A stretch of DNA of 64,000 nt from Ignavibacteriota bacterium. GTDB taxonomy: Bacteria > Bacteroidota > Ignavibacteria > Tepidaquicellales > OLB5. Positions 21,301-30,146 of the stretch are shown piece by piece. The number at the start of each line of letters is the position of its first letter. Position 1 is the first letter of the stretch. The DNA lies in assembly GCA_003820375.1 (NCBI GenBank), contig RPQH01000001.1:36874-100873 (forward strand), given 5' to 3'. The translations under genes were made by a program, and so were the position numbers. The notes beneath the pieces were generated by a model that saw only the letters and a program-made list of their open reading frames with translations, did no database searches and was not told where the DNA came from.

Positions 21301-22132
21301 GCCTTATGATGTTTTTAGTATTTTAAAAGCATGTTGGATTAATTGGTTAGATAGATGGGATAATGGTAAAAGAATAAACTTAATCATCAGTGATAAAGAT
21401 AAGAGTAGTTATTTTAACCAGACTATCGGGAACGAGAAGTATAGTATTTTTCATGGAGATTATTCCAGCAAGGCTTTAAAACTAAATTATAATGAAAGAT
21501 ATGTAATATTTGACAGGCATGGTGATACACACTTTGATATTAAAAGTCAGTTGAAATGTTTCGAATTTGGTAATCTTTTTTATCAGACATATGAAAAAAA
21601 CAATGATGATTTTAATATTCTTAATCAATGTCAATTAAATGAGTTAAGTTATTATCAATTAATTGAAGCAGCATTGGTTAAAATTTTAATAGCTGATGAA
21701 AGATTATGTGCCTATATGAATGATAAACTTAATTCAATTAATACAAATTACAATATCATCAACGAGAACTATGAATTAAACTCACATGGGGCGGCTCTCA
21801 CTAATATTTTCTTTGTAAACTCATTAGAAAATAACATTATAAGCAAAACAAATGCTTCATATGCATGCTATATCAATAATGATAAAGTTACTTTTAATTT
21901 TTTAAATAAAGAAATCAAAACATATTTTGATTGTATTATAGTTCATAGAACATTTATTAATGAACATCTATTAAGAAATTTGAGAACAATAATTCCAAAT
22001 ATTATTATTACCTCCGGCGGGGGCTCAATTCAGAGAGATGAAAAGTATAAGTTTAAACCTTTAAGTCTTTTCCAGGGATTAACATCAAATCATTTCTCGA
22101 AAATAACATTAACAAAAAATGCTTTAACATAA
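18374..22132 (+). CDS. Giant (1252 aa) histidine-kinase-like GHKL ATPase protein with receiver-like flanks
   Basis: H-box-like AVSSIFARNYSHNIGAHV. N-box-like FFSILENIIRNSSKHNKK ~190 aa downstream. VIVYDNISEA and RKQLGIKDMKINAHLL at the G1/G2-box positions (degenerate). N-terminus KKILIFDYYENIL. C-terminus VKILIADERL...DCIIVHRTF...IIITSGGG...KFKPL resembles a (pseudo)receiver. Confidence 0.5.
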   Translation: MENKSKKKILIFDYYENILRYLMKKLGDIRIRYEVIFIKMNNGKSVLKQLQDHVPSFVFYQPFDFSSILEPDMQFLEKYILPFLKNKNCNVLFYYYIYNKSNTSDIANNVYNKFQSFIQQNVHKKNNSNINFINTADFYVKPNKSSSNLKTGESYLDYQLKRLDYLYKPLKEKNDNDRQINDEDLVDDIHNPIKNDYAANLDNELLDEYTSFISDLITDYILHCDYIDNKVEGYFNLDNLKFLKFKNLYIDKLKDIQVFNGDEYNTIKLSLGKLTFYDQMGNLLLDIPYKKYYNNLNAYVKEHKLLKYLFSENINRYEKGKNYIFYEFYYYNDANKITLKINNCFYRINSKTKNLENADDILKKWLRILFSEVYYLNFYNKDQNIWNEININGNIVNSIIQQSSSLYGESPFYFVFFFEELDIAGQKGTVNYCLYSDSVQINALRGNRIPINENNIEEFTDRIYSDIRPLIISRAQESIFPLINNQIRKLAVQSAVSSIFARNYSHNIGAHVDNRTYYNDIIFNLNNLYGAKAINDNRKLIDVWIHLMKDLMKNYSIKRNEFLADYQHPPKNLLLYEDIILPFVENMLLMNNIASSEDIMYFKNGNCIENKLKIKVNINGNELSAQYPDMRCIVDCDELIEYPDHFPYVYCYKGLSNPNNCEIEDLTNILKTKIILGNDIEISITNEHAFFSILENIIRNSSKHNKKILEDESELLIQINVYDTDLVDNKKDNNFYHVIVYDNISEAKLCDIWEFKRTIESSIINIETAQLERKQLGIKDMKINAHLLCSSEEINDDILKKSLEVVIIDRSIKGPAEIIFNPLQYRNYDELLKDIKEHYYGDFDIDNYKFSFGYKFKLQKSKKIMWVVGNDLKIDGKVIDEFQEKGVTIFSYQEDLSSNLSKTIASYQFIVFEREYFKNFSDEDYISFERCLTKLPFRLLLNSEDDDFNEYLSKLINSRRIQLVKNKIHFLDSNNEPYDVFSILKACWINWLDRWDNGKRINLIISDKDKSSYFNQTIGNEKYSIFHGDYSSKALKLNYNERYVIFDRHGDTHFDIKSQLKCFEFGNLFYQTYEKNNDDFNILNQCQLNELSYYQLIEAALVKILIADERLCAYMNDKLNSINTNYNIINENYELNSHGAALTNIFFVNSLENNIISKTNASYACYINNDKVTFNFLNKEIKTYFDCIIVHRTFINEHLLRNLRTIIPNIIITSGGGSIQRDEKYKFKPLSLFQGLTSNHFSKITLTKNALT

Positions 22133-22137
22133 TATAT

Positions 22138-22776
22138 ATGAGAAATATAATTTTCATTACAAGAGATTACGAAAATCAATACACTATTAAAGATGAATAT
22201 ACACACTTATGGAAAGCTGACGGTGAATCCAGTTTCTTTTCAATTGATTTAAACGATGATAAGATTTTAGTAATAAATGGACCAAAATTGTTTAAAACTT
22301 TGGATATTATGAAGAAAATTGAAACTTTATCTCACTATATTCCTAGGAATGAGGAAACAGGATTATTATATCATAGCCACACGCTTAATAATAGTCATTT
22401 AAATTTATCTTTGAAATTCTTAATGAAATTTGGTCATAGTGATGAATACTTTTATAATGGAATATATATACCTTTAGCTGAAAATAAAAACAATAAAGAA
22501 GTTGTTGTAAACTATTTTAATCAAATATGGGATATGTTTGACCCTGCATCTGAAATGGAATGTAAATTGAATGTACTATATAAATGTCTTGTTCCAGTGA
22601 AAGATACAAAGGAAATTGAGAGACTACCTGGCTGGAAAAAAATAAAAAATATTAAAATATCAAATAATGAAGAAGAAATATCAATAATTGATTACTTAAG
22701 AATCAATTTTACAAAAGATTCATTGGAATACGATGTTTTACTTACAAAACTTAGAGATATTGTTTTAAAGAATTAA
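22138..22776 (+). CDS. hypothetical protein (212 aa), 5 nt downstream of the kinase-like gene
   Basis: Tight operonic spacing. No convincing domain motif. Confidence 0.45.
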   Translation: MRNIIFITRDYENQYTIKDEYTHLWKADGESSFFSIDLNDDKILVINGPKLFKTLDIMKKIETLSHYIPRNEETGLLYHSHTLNNSHLNLSLKFLMKFGHSDEYFYNGIYIPLAENKNNKEVVVNYFNQIWDMFDPASEMECKLNVLYKCLVPVKDTKEIERLPGWKKIKNIKISNNEEEISIIDYLRINFTKDSLEYDVLLTKLRDIVLKN

Positions 22777-22900
22777 AATCTAACAAATGAGCTAAATTTA
22801 AAAAGTAATAAAATTGCTAGTTTTTGAACCCATTCGAAATTCATGAATAATAATATATATTAATAGAAAAGCTATTTTTAAATATTTAAATCAATCGAAA

Positions 22901-24889
22901 ATGAAAATATTAATAGTCGATGACAATGAAAATTTTGTGCGAAATGTTATTTATAAAATCAAAGAAACAGAATATTATAAAAATGCATCAAAGATATTTG
23001 ATGTAGATATTAATTATGAACATATTTATGTAAATACATTTTACGAGTTGAAGAACCGAATAACGTATGCAATTGAAAATGATAATACAATTATTCTAAT
23101 AAATGCGAATGTTATATTGAAAGATTATAGAAGACAGGATATGGCTGGAATTGAAATATTATATTATTTAAGGCTTGAACGAAGATTAAATTCTATTTTA
23201 ATATACTCTTTTGAGAGCATTAAAGATATAATTCGTAAATCCCCATACAATATTATTGCTTTAACAAAGTATACTTATCATTTAAGATTACCTATAAAAA
23301 CAGAAGAATTAAACAATTTATTCAATCAAATATCTAATGAACCTCAAATAAAATTATTTGAAGATTATAGACCATTTTTATTAATAGATACTATCAAACA
23401 AAAATTTGAAACACAAGATAAACATGAATTAGCCAATAAATTAGGTGCTTTAAATTGGGCAAATGCTTTTTTTGAAACTAAAGACATAGTAGAATTAGAA
23501 AGCATGAAAATACTGTTAAAATCAAAGCAGAAAAATATCCTTGAGAAAGATTTTCACAAATATATGTTACTCCTTAGTTTAACAAACAGTGAAAATCAAT
23601 ACATGTTAAATTATATAGGGGAAAGAGATAAGATTAGCAGTTTGTTTGAAAGCTTCAGTAAAGAGAGTAAGAGAAACTTTAAAATTTTATTTGTTGATGA
23701 CCATTGCGAAGACGGGGGATGGAGTTGCTTGTTAGAAAAAGTATTTGGAAAAAGCTGTGATTTAACATCTGTACCATCAGCTTTTGAAGCATACGAAAAA
23801 ATGGGATTAAAGGAAAATAAAAAACTTTTAATTGATTATGATCTCGTAATTCTTGACTTGAATTTGGATAAAGACCCATCGTCAACACCAATAAAACAAA
23901 GATCGGGCTATAAAGTATTAGAGTTTATTAGAGATTGTGATAAGAGTATACCGGTAATAATATTTACAGCATCTGAAAAAGCGAATAACATTTTGGAATT
24001 AGAGAATATTGGTATAAACGGATATTTATGCAAAACAATTTATGGTGACAAAACCCTTGATGAAGTTGAAAAACTTTATAATATTATTAATATAACCATT
24101 GAAAATATCTACATAAGAAATATTTGGAAATGTTTTATTGACTTTGAAAATAAAACGCGTTTCGTAAATAATAATTGGGAAGGTAACGAACTTGCATTTA
24201 ACTCGACTGTTAATATGTTATTCAAGTTATTTGAACTTTTGCTTTTGAAAACAAGGAATTTTAGAAAATCTGATAAAATATTTGACCAATTCATTATAAA
24301 CGCATTTATGATATTTGATAATATATTTTTAAAAGAATTATATGATATAGATGTTAGTACCATAGGGAGAAAAAAAGAAAAATTGTTTACAAAAGACGAT
24401 AGATATGGACCTTTCGGTAATTATATAAATTATATAAATGTTATTAGAAACAATATTGTACATAACAATTATGAGGCAAATATATATGATATGTTATTAG
24501 ATGCAGCTGTTTTAATGTATATACTTACATTAAATCCGGAATATTATTTTCGTGTTTTTCTTAATTATAAAGATGGACAAAATAGCTTGGATGGACTATA
24601 TAATAGCTCCCTCATTAAATCAATAAACCTATATCATAAGGAAAACGAAAAAGTAAAATTAAATACATCTTTAAGCAATGATAAGAGACGTATGTACATT
24701 AACTTCTTATGCGGATACCGAAATTCTATATACATTGATGTGAAAAATGAAAATTGGAAATATAAATGGATATTTGAGACAGAGTTATTTAGGGCAAATA
24801 ACCCTCTTAAATATATATGGCATGATTATATTATTAAAAAAATAACAAATTGCGAAATTGTGTTAGAACCTGTAAGTATTATGGAATAG
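22901..24889 (+). CDS. Tandem receiver protein (pseudo-REC + canonical REC) with a C-terminal HEPN-like domain
   Basis: REC1: MKILIVDDNENF, but the acceptor position reads IILINANV. REC2: FKILFVDDH, YDLVILDLNLD (acceptor Asp), IPVIIFTASEK (Thr), GINGYLCKT (Lys). The C-terminal helical region has INVIRNNIVHNNYE, an Rx4H HEPN-type motif. Confidence 0.6.
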   Translation: MKILIVDDNENFVRNVIYKIKETEYYKNASKIFDVDINYEHIYVNTFYELKNRITYAIENDNTIILINANVILKDYRRQDMAGIEILYYLRLERRLNSILIYSFESIKDIIRKSPYNIIALTKYTYHLRLPIKTEELNNLFNQISNEPQIKLFEDYRPFLLIDTIKQKFETQDKHELANKLGALNWANAFFETKDIVELESMKILLKSKQKNILEKDFHKYMLLLSLTNSENQYMLNYIGERDKISSLFESFSKESKRNFKILFVDDHCEDGGWSCLLEKVFGKSCDLTSVPSAFEAYEKMGLKENKKLLIDYDLVILDLNLDKDPSSTPIKQRSGYKVLEFIRDCDKSIPVIIFTASEKANNILELENIGINGYLCKTIYGDKTLDEVEKLYNIINITIENIYIRNIWKCFIDFENKTRFVNNNWEGNELAFNSTVNMLFKLFELLLLKTRNFRKSDKIFDQFIINAFMIFDNIFLKELYDIDVSTIGRKKEKLFTKDDRYGPFGNYINYINVIRNNIVHNNYEANIYDMLLDAAVLMYILTLNPEYYFRVFLNYKDGQNSLDGLYNSSLIKSINLYHKENEKVKLNTSLSNDKRRMYINFLCGYRNSIYIDVKNENWKYKWIFETELFRANNPLKYIWHDYIIKKITNCEIVLEPVSIME

Positions 24890-25100
24890 GCTATTTATTA
24901 TTTAAAAATATAGTATTTTTCCGGTCTTTAGCTGCATATCTTATTAGGCACTTCTATTATAACAACAGATGTTTGTTATCTACTTCAAAAATGACATTAT
25001 CAGTATAAAATAATTGTTAAGCTCAATTAAGTTGTTAAATTGCTTAAGATACATTCATTAAAAGGAAGGATGGGTAGGATTTTTAAAACATCTACAATAA

Positions 25101-27295
25101 ATTTCAATCTGCATTCGTCTCATTCATTTTAAAGCCAACATCATTTTCACAAACTAGCGGCTCCACTAACAAGTTTCAATCGGCATTCGCCTCATTCATG
25201 TAAAAAGGCAGATAAGACCACCGAAATCACAACAAAGAGAAGAGTTTCAATCGGCTATCGCCTCATTCATGTAAAAAGTTCAGCTTCAAAGATTGCTATC
25301 ACTTCCAACAAGGAGTTTCAATCGGCCTAAGCCTCATTCATATTTTAACTAAAAATAAACCCGAAAACGTAAAGGTTCATACTTACGGTTTCAATCGGCT
25401 TTCGCCTCATTCATGTAAAAAGCGAAAAGTCATCGTATCAAAGGGGTCAACCAAAGAGTTTCAATCGGCTTTCGCCTCATTCATGTAAAAAGACTTTGCA
25501 ATGACAAATGTTCAGGGAAGCTTCTATAAAGGTTTCAATCGGCTTTCGCCTCATTCATGTAAAAAGTCACCATATTCGGTGAATTCTGGGGAAATCGTAA
25601 ATTGAGTTTCAATCGGCTTTCGCCTCATTCATGTAAAAAGCCTTCAAGACTTCATAAACGATAACACCACAGTTTCAATCGGCTTTCGCCTCATTCATGT
25701 AAAAAGAAAGAATGCTGTTATCTCAGTAATAAATCCTGAGTTTCAATCGGCTTTCGCCTCATTCATGTAAAAAGACAAAACGTGTAATTGCCAATAAGTC
25801 CAAATCCAGGTTTCAATCGGCTTTCGCCTCATTCATGTAAAAAGGATGACCCATGAAGAAAAGATGAAAGAAATTGAGTTTCAATCGGCTTTCGCCTCAT
25901 TCATGTAAAAAGATATATTCTGAAAAGGTACAACCTATCATTAAAGTAGAGTTTCAATCGGCTTTCGCCTCATTCATGTAAAAAGGTTATTTCGCAATCA
26001 ACATATATTTTAATTAAGCGTTTCAATCGGCTTTCGCCTCATTCATGTAAAAAGTATCATTACTTATAATTGAACCAACTCCAAATTTTCTTAGGTTTCA
26101 ATCGGCTATCGCCTCATTCATGTAAAAAGAAATAGATACTGCTTATGTGAAAACCGGATACGTTTCAATCGGCTTTCGCCTCATTCATGTAAAAAGAATG
26201 AAGCTCAGCCACCTATTGTGGTTGAAAAAGAGTTTCAATCGGCTTTCGCCTCATTCATGTAAAAAGAACAGTTTCAACAGCCCGTGACTTATAACTACGG
26301 AGTTTCAATCGGCTTTCGCCTCATTCATGTAAAAAGTCATTTGGACAAGGCTGGACCACAGAGTTCAATTGCGGTACGTTTCAATCGGCTTTCGCCTCAT
26401 TCATGTAAAAAGGGGAGAGCAAAAGAATCGCAATCTCACTCGAGCGTTTCAATCGGCTTTCGCCTCATTCATGTAAAAAGGGGACAGAACCTGAAAAGGT
26501 TGATTTCATTCACTGGAGTTTCAATCGGCTATCGCCTCATTCATGTAAAAAGGGTAGTAAAACTGTCAACGCAGTTTGCCACAAAGGGGCAGTTTCAATC
26601 GGCTTTCGCCTCATTCATGTAAAAAGTCTTACTGATTACGCTACAAAAACGTATGTTGATGAGTTTCAATCGGCTTTCGCCTCATTCATGTAAAAAGGAG
26701 AAAAGGACAAGATTGAACGGAAAATTCGGATAATGAGTTTCAATCGGCTTTCGCCTCATTCATGTAAAAAGCTTTGAACTGGTATAACTTCAAATACATT
26801 TCACAAGAGTTTCAATCGGCCTTAGCCTCATTCATGTAAAAAGATATCAATTCCGAAACCCAGAGAAACCGTTGAACAGGGGGTTTCAATCGGCCTTAGC
26901 CTCATTCATGTAAAAAGCTGCACATAAAGGAGTATTTAATGAAATCAATTACGTTTCAATCGGCTTTCGCCTCATTCATGTAAAAAGTCTGATTTCGAAT
27001 ACGGCATGGTTACAATACACAGCGTTTCAATCGGCTTTCGCCTCATTCATGTAAAAAGATACAGAGATTGCGAAACATTCGGTTCGTACGCGGAGTTTCA
27101 ATCGGCCTTAGCCTCATGCATGTTTTAACTACGACTTTGTCGTAAACTTAAGCACCGATGAATACCGAGTTTCAATCGGCTTTCGCCTCATTCATGTTTT
27201 AACAACAGACCTGGTGCAAGCGGTAAGATAAATGCGTTTCAATCGGCTTTTCCTTAGATTCCGTCTTCAGCGGGAAGCCTCATTCAGTTTTCTGA
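25101..27295 (-). CRISPR. CRISPR array 2: 31 repeats, directly abutting the 3' end of cas6-RT
   Basis: Plus-strand consensus is GTTTCAATCGGCTTTCGCCTCATTCATGTAAAAAG (35 nt), with spacers ~32-39 nt. The first unit at 25101 is degenerate, and a further probable relic repeat lies at 25031-25064. The last three units (27087, 27159, 27236) are variants. The unit at 27236-27295 carries a 25-nt loop insertion and ends 8 nt from the cas6-RT stop. Confidence 0.95.
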
Positions 27296-27302
27296 TAATA
27301 AA

Positions 27303-28832
27303 TTAATGTAAATTTCTGTTTTTATCAATGATATATAAATCTTCACCATCCTTTATCAGCTTGCAGTTACCTGGCAGCATTTCATCAAGCCGGTCAAGGT
27401 AAAGATTTATGAGCATAGGATTTAGCATTCTATTATATGGAATACCTTCATATGATGTGACCATATTTCCTTCTATACAAACCGGCTGTGTTATCCATAC
27501 CCTTATCAGGTCACTTACCGGATCACCACCGAATAATGTTTCTATTCGCTCGTATAATACATCCTTATTAATATAGCTGTAGAAAGAGTCTATATCAATT
27601 TTATTATATTCGTAACCATTTTTTTCTGCTTCATCAAGCATCTTTAATGCTCCCTCTTTCGAAAACCCATTCCTGTAAAAAAATGAGCTTTCTCCTATAT
27701 ACTTATTTATCACGGGTTCAGCAATTTGTTTTACTGCCAGCTGAAGTGTTCTTTCTTCAAGATTAAATTCAGTATGAATGTTAATTCCATCATGTTCTTC
27801 AGTTATAGTACCGGTAAACGGTTTAGCTTCATATTTGCCTGTAATTACTTCATTGATTAAATTATCTAAATTCTCATTAATTTTTGAATTAAATTTCTTT
27901 ACTTTTAGTTTATCGCTAATTGTTAAGCTATTATCCGATGCCAATACTTTATAGGCATTCAAAACATTTTCTTTTTTGACTGCTTTTGCAAGAAATGTTT
28001 CATAAGGAGATAACTCGCTAACATTGTACCCGGGAATATTTGTAACTGAATTTTTTCCAAATCCAAAGGATGTATTATTTCCATTATTAATAAACTGTCC
28101 GAACCATAAAAGCAATTTTAAGTCTGCTGAAAGCTCAGCAGTAAATTTTACTTTGCCTGAAACTCCTCCAAGTGTTTTGGATGTATATGGCATATCAAGC
28201 CACATAAGGTTAATATAATTAACTGCACAGTGAAGAAATTCTAAAGAAGGGTCACATTCATCAACTGAATTGCCGCATAATATTGATAAGCGTTTTACTC
28301 TATAATATAATAGTTTTAAAAATTGTCTTATATCAAAATATTCCCGGTCAAAATATTTATGCCCGGGTACAGGATATTCTCTTACCATTCTTAATGGTGA
28401 CCTAAGCCATAGCTCATATTCTTCTTCACCTCCATCTGTAAAATCCGGTATAATTTCCGTTTTAATTTCAGTTATATCTTCTAATGTAAATATTCCTTCT
28501 ATGCTGTTCTCTTTCGGTATATAAGAAGAAATTGATTTTAGCTTGCTTTCAAGATGGTCAATAAAATAATCACCTGCATTTATTGCGGTAATTCCGAAGT
28601 TATAGCAATCTCCTGATTGGTAAGATGTTCTTCCTGATTCTACCGCATTAATGATAATATCCTCACCAAGCTTGTTAACGCCTCTTTTCATGGTTTTACA
28701 AATAAGGTCATAGAGCTTTGAGCCATGGAAGAAAAGAAAATTTACATCATTGTTAAATTTAATTGTGACTTTAAATCTTTTATATGAAATAGATTTAATT
28801 AGTTCTTTAACAGGAAAATTGAAGTGATTCAT
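27303..28832 (-). CDS. cas6: Cas6 fused to a truncated/degenerate reverse-transcriptase domain (no Cas1 part)
   Basis: The N-terminal ~265 aa end in the Cas6 G-rich loop FINNGNNTSFGFGKNS. The C-terminal part has RT motifs in order: LEERTLQLAVKQIAEPV (1), FFYRNGFSKEGALKML (2), NKIDIDSFYSYINKDVL (3/A), GIPYNRMLNPMLINLYLDRLD (4/B). It then reads LIKDGEDLYII where YxDD (5/C) is expected, and the protein stops 8 aa later. Confidence 0.7.
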   Translation of the reverse strand: MNHFNFPVKELIKSISYKRFKVTIKFNNDVNFLFFHGSKLYDLICKTMKRGVNKLGEDIIINAVESGRTSYQSGDCYNFGITAINAGDYFIDHLESKLKSISSYIPKENSIEGIFTLEDITEIKTEIIPDFTDGGEEEYELWLRSPLRMVREYPVPGHKYFDREYFDIRQFLKLLYYRVKRLSILCGNSVDECDPSLEFLHCAVNYINLMWLDMPYTSKTLGGVSGKVKFTAELSADLKLLLWFGQFINNGNNTSFGFGKNSVTNIPGYNVSELSPYETFLAKAVKKENVLNAYKVLASDNSLTISDKLKVKKFNSKINENLDNLINEVITGKYEAKPFTGTITEEHDGINIHTEFNLEERTLQLAVKQIAEPVINKYIGESSFFYRNGFSKEGALKMLDEAEKNGYEYNKIDIDSFYSYINKDVLYERIETLFGGDPVSDLIRVWITQPVCIEGNMVTSYEGIPYNRMLNPMLINLYLDRLDEMLPGNCKLIKDGEDLYIIDKNRNLH

Positions 28833-29033
28833 TTTGACAGTTATTGATTTTGAAATAATAACTTTGCTGGTTCAGATATGTTGCAGCTAAAAATTTCCTT
28901 CAAAAGCAGAAACGAAAAAGAAATTAGTTCAAGCAACTTCACAAATATAATCAAAGAAGATAAAAGTTTGTAACCGTTTTATTTTTCAATAATAATAAAA
29001 CCACAGATGAGAGGAAAAAGGGAGTATATAATT

Positions 29034-29182
29034 ATCGGTTTACGCTTACCTAAATTTAGAATTGTCGATTGTCAATTGCGAATTAAGAATTAATAAATAA
29101 TCAGCCGTTGCATAAGAATAAATAGAAAAACATAAACACACCATATCACACACCCCTTCTTCGGAGGGGATGGGGGAGGCTG
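29034..29182 (-). promoter_or_regulatory. Type-1 inter-array leader-like element, copy a (relic repeat + AATTNNN heptads + GC hairpin)
   Basis: The relic repeat is atcggtttacgc at 29034. Six heptads span 29053-29094. The conserved block aagaataaatagaaaaa..acaccatatcacacacccc is present. The hairpin CCCCTT-cttcg-GAGGGG lies at 29153-29169. It is homologous to 30011-30146. Confidence 0.5.
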
Positions 29183-29773
29183 CTCCTAATCGGCCTTAGC
29201 CTCATTCATATTTTAACATTATGAACGCTGGTTTTGCCAAAGTTTATGAGGAGTTTCAATCGGCTTTCGCCTCATTCATGTAAAAAGTCCAATACGGAGT
29301 ATCTGAATTAGCTCAAGAGGTTTCAATCGGCTTTCGCCTCATTCATGTAAAAAGTCCAATACGGAGTATCTGAATTAGCTCAAGAGGTTTCAATCGGCTT
29401 TCGCCTCATTCATGTAAAAAGAAAACACCAAGTTGAATAACAAACCCACATTACTGAGTTTCAATCGGCTTTCGCCTCATTCATGTAAAAAGACCTTCCA
29501 TGAAGATTATGGTTATATTCTCAGGAGTTTCAATCGGCTTTCGCCTCATTCATGTAAAAAGAATTATTGGACTTTTGTTGTTTATAGCAATTCGTTTCAA
29601 TCGGCTTTCGCCTCATTCATATTTTAACGCGGAAAATACGATGAGCATCCTACAGGCAATGAGGGAGTTTCAATCGGCCTTAGCCTCATTCATATCTTAA
29701 CGACCTTGTCGCAGGTATCACAGTTTCAGGATGGCAGGAGTTTCAATCGGCCTTAGCCTCATTTTATACAAAT
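29183..29773 (-). CRISPR. CRISPR array 3a: 9 repeats (mixed repeat families), includes a tandemly duplicated spacer
   Basis: Repeat starts: 29183 (5' end degenerate), 29253, 29320, 29387, 29458, 29527, 29594, 29667, 29739. The last diverges after ..cctcatt. Confidence 0.9.
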
Positions 29774-29841
29774 ATAATAAATTGAAAAACAACTTTACAT
29801 CACAGTAATCGTTTTCCCGCTAAAAGCGGGATCTTCGCTTT
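29774..29841 (-). promoter_or_regulatory. Type-2 inter-array leader-like element, copy a (AT-rich block + CCCGC hairpin)
   Basis: Sequence ..aatataataaattgaaaaacaactttacatcacagtaatcgttttCCCGCTaaaAGCGGGatcttcg.. Hairpin at 29816-29830. Homologous to 31403-31469. Confidence 0.5.
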
Positions 29842-30010
29842 GCTTCGACAATCGGCTTTCGCCTCATTCATGTAAAAGTCACCCATCAATTGCTTTCTAC
29901 ACCTTCAGGAAATCAGTTTCAATCGGCTTTCGCCTCATTCATGTAAAAAGCGGGCTGCTCTGTGGCAAAGATTCAATGTGGTCGCCGTTTCAATCGGTTT
30001 TCGCCTCATT
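29842..30010 (-). CRISPR. CRISPR array 3b: 3 repeats
   Basis: Repeats at 29842 (degenerate, gcttcGACaatcgg), 29916 and 29987. The last diverges after ..cctcatt. Confidence 0.85.
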
Positions 30011-30146
30011 TTCTCAATTGCGAATTTCGAATTGTGAATCTCGAATTGAGTATAAATAAAATAACGAGTCGGAGAAAAAGAATAAATAGAAAAATATAAA
30101 TACACCATATCACACACCCCTCCTTCGGAGGGGAAGGGGGAGGCTG
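30011..30146 (-). promoter_or_regulatory. Type-1 inter-array leader-like element, copy b
   Basis: The five heptads are aattgcg|aatttcg|aattgtg|aatctcg|aattgag at 30016-30050. The conserved block is present. The hairpin CCCCTC-cttcg-GAGGGG lies at 30117-30133. Confidence 0.5.

Noticed and set aside
22138-22776. Calling the 212-aa middle gene a stand-alone receiver ('buffer') domain, to complete a Detocs-like analogy.
   Set aside because: IIFITRD and FFSIDLNDD loosely resemble REC strands 1 and 3, but they are only ~25 residues apart versus ~45 in receivers. No T/S or K signature follows. Left as hypothetical.
26284-26622. ORF-track proteins running through the CRISPR arrays: 26284-26622, 29433-29627, 29500-29700, 35300-35497 and 35867-36058 on +; 17276-17509 and 29935-30117 on -.
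   Set aside because: Their sequences are periodic (..FNRLSPHSCKK.., ..VSIGFRLIHVK..). These are simply translations of the 35-nt repeat in different frames, not genes.
30117-30133. The GC hairpins (CCCCTC..GAGGGG at 29153/30117, CCCGC..GCGGG at 29816/31444) as classical rho-independent terminators.
   Set aside because: Neither strand has a U-tract directly after the stem. The minus strand continues UGUGUGAU or AAAA. They are kept only as possible structured elements inside the inter-array units.
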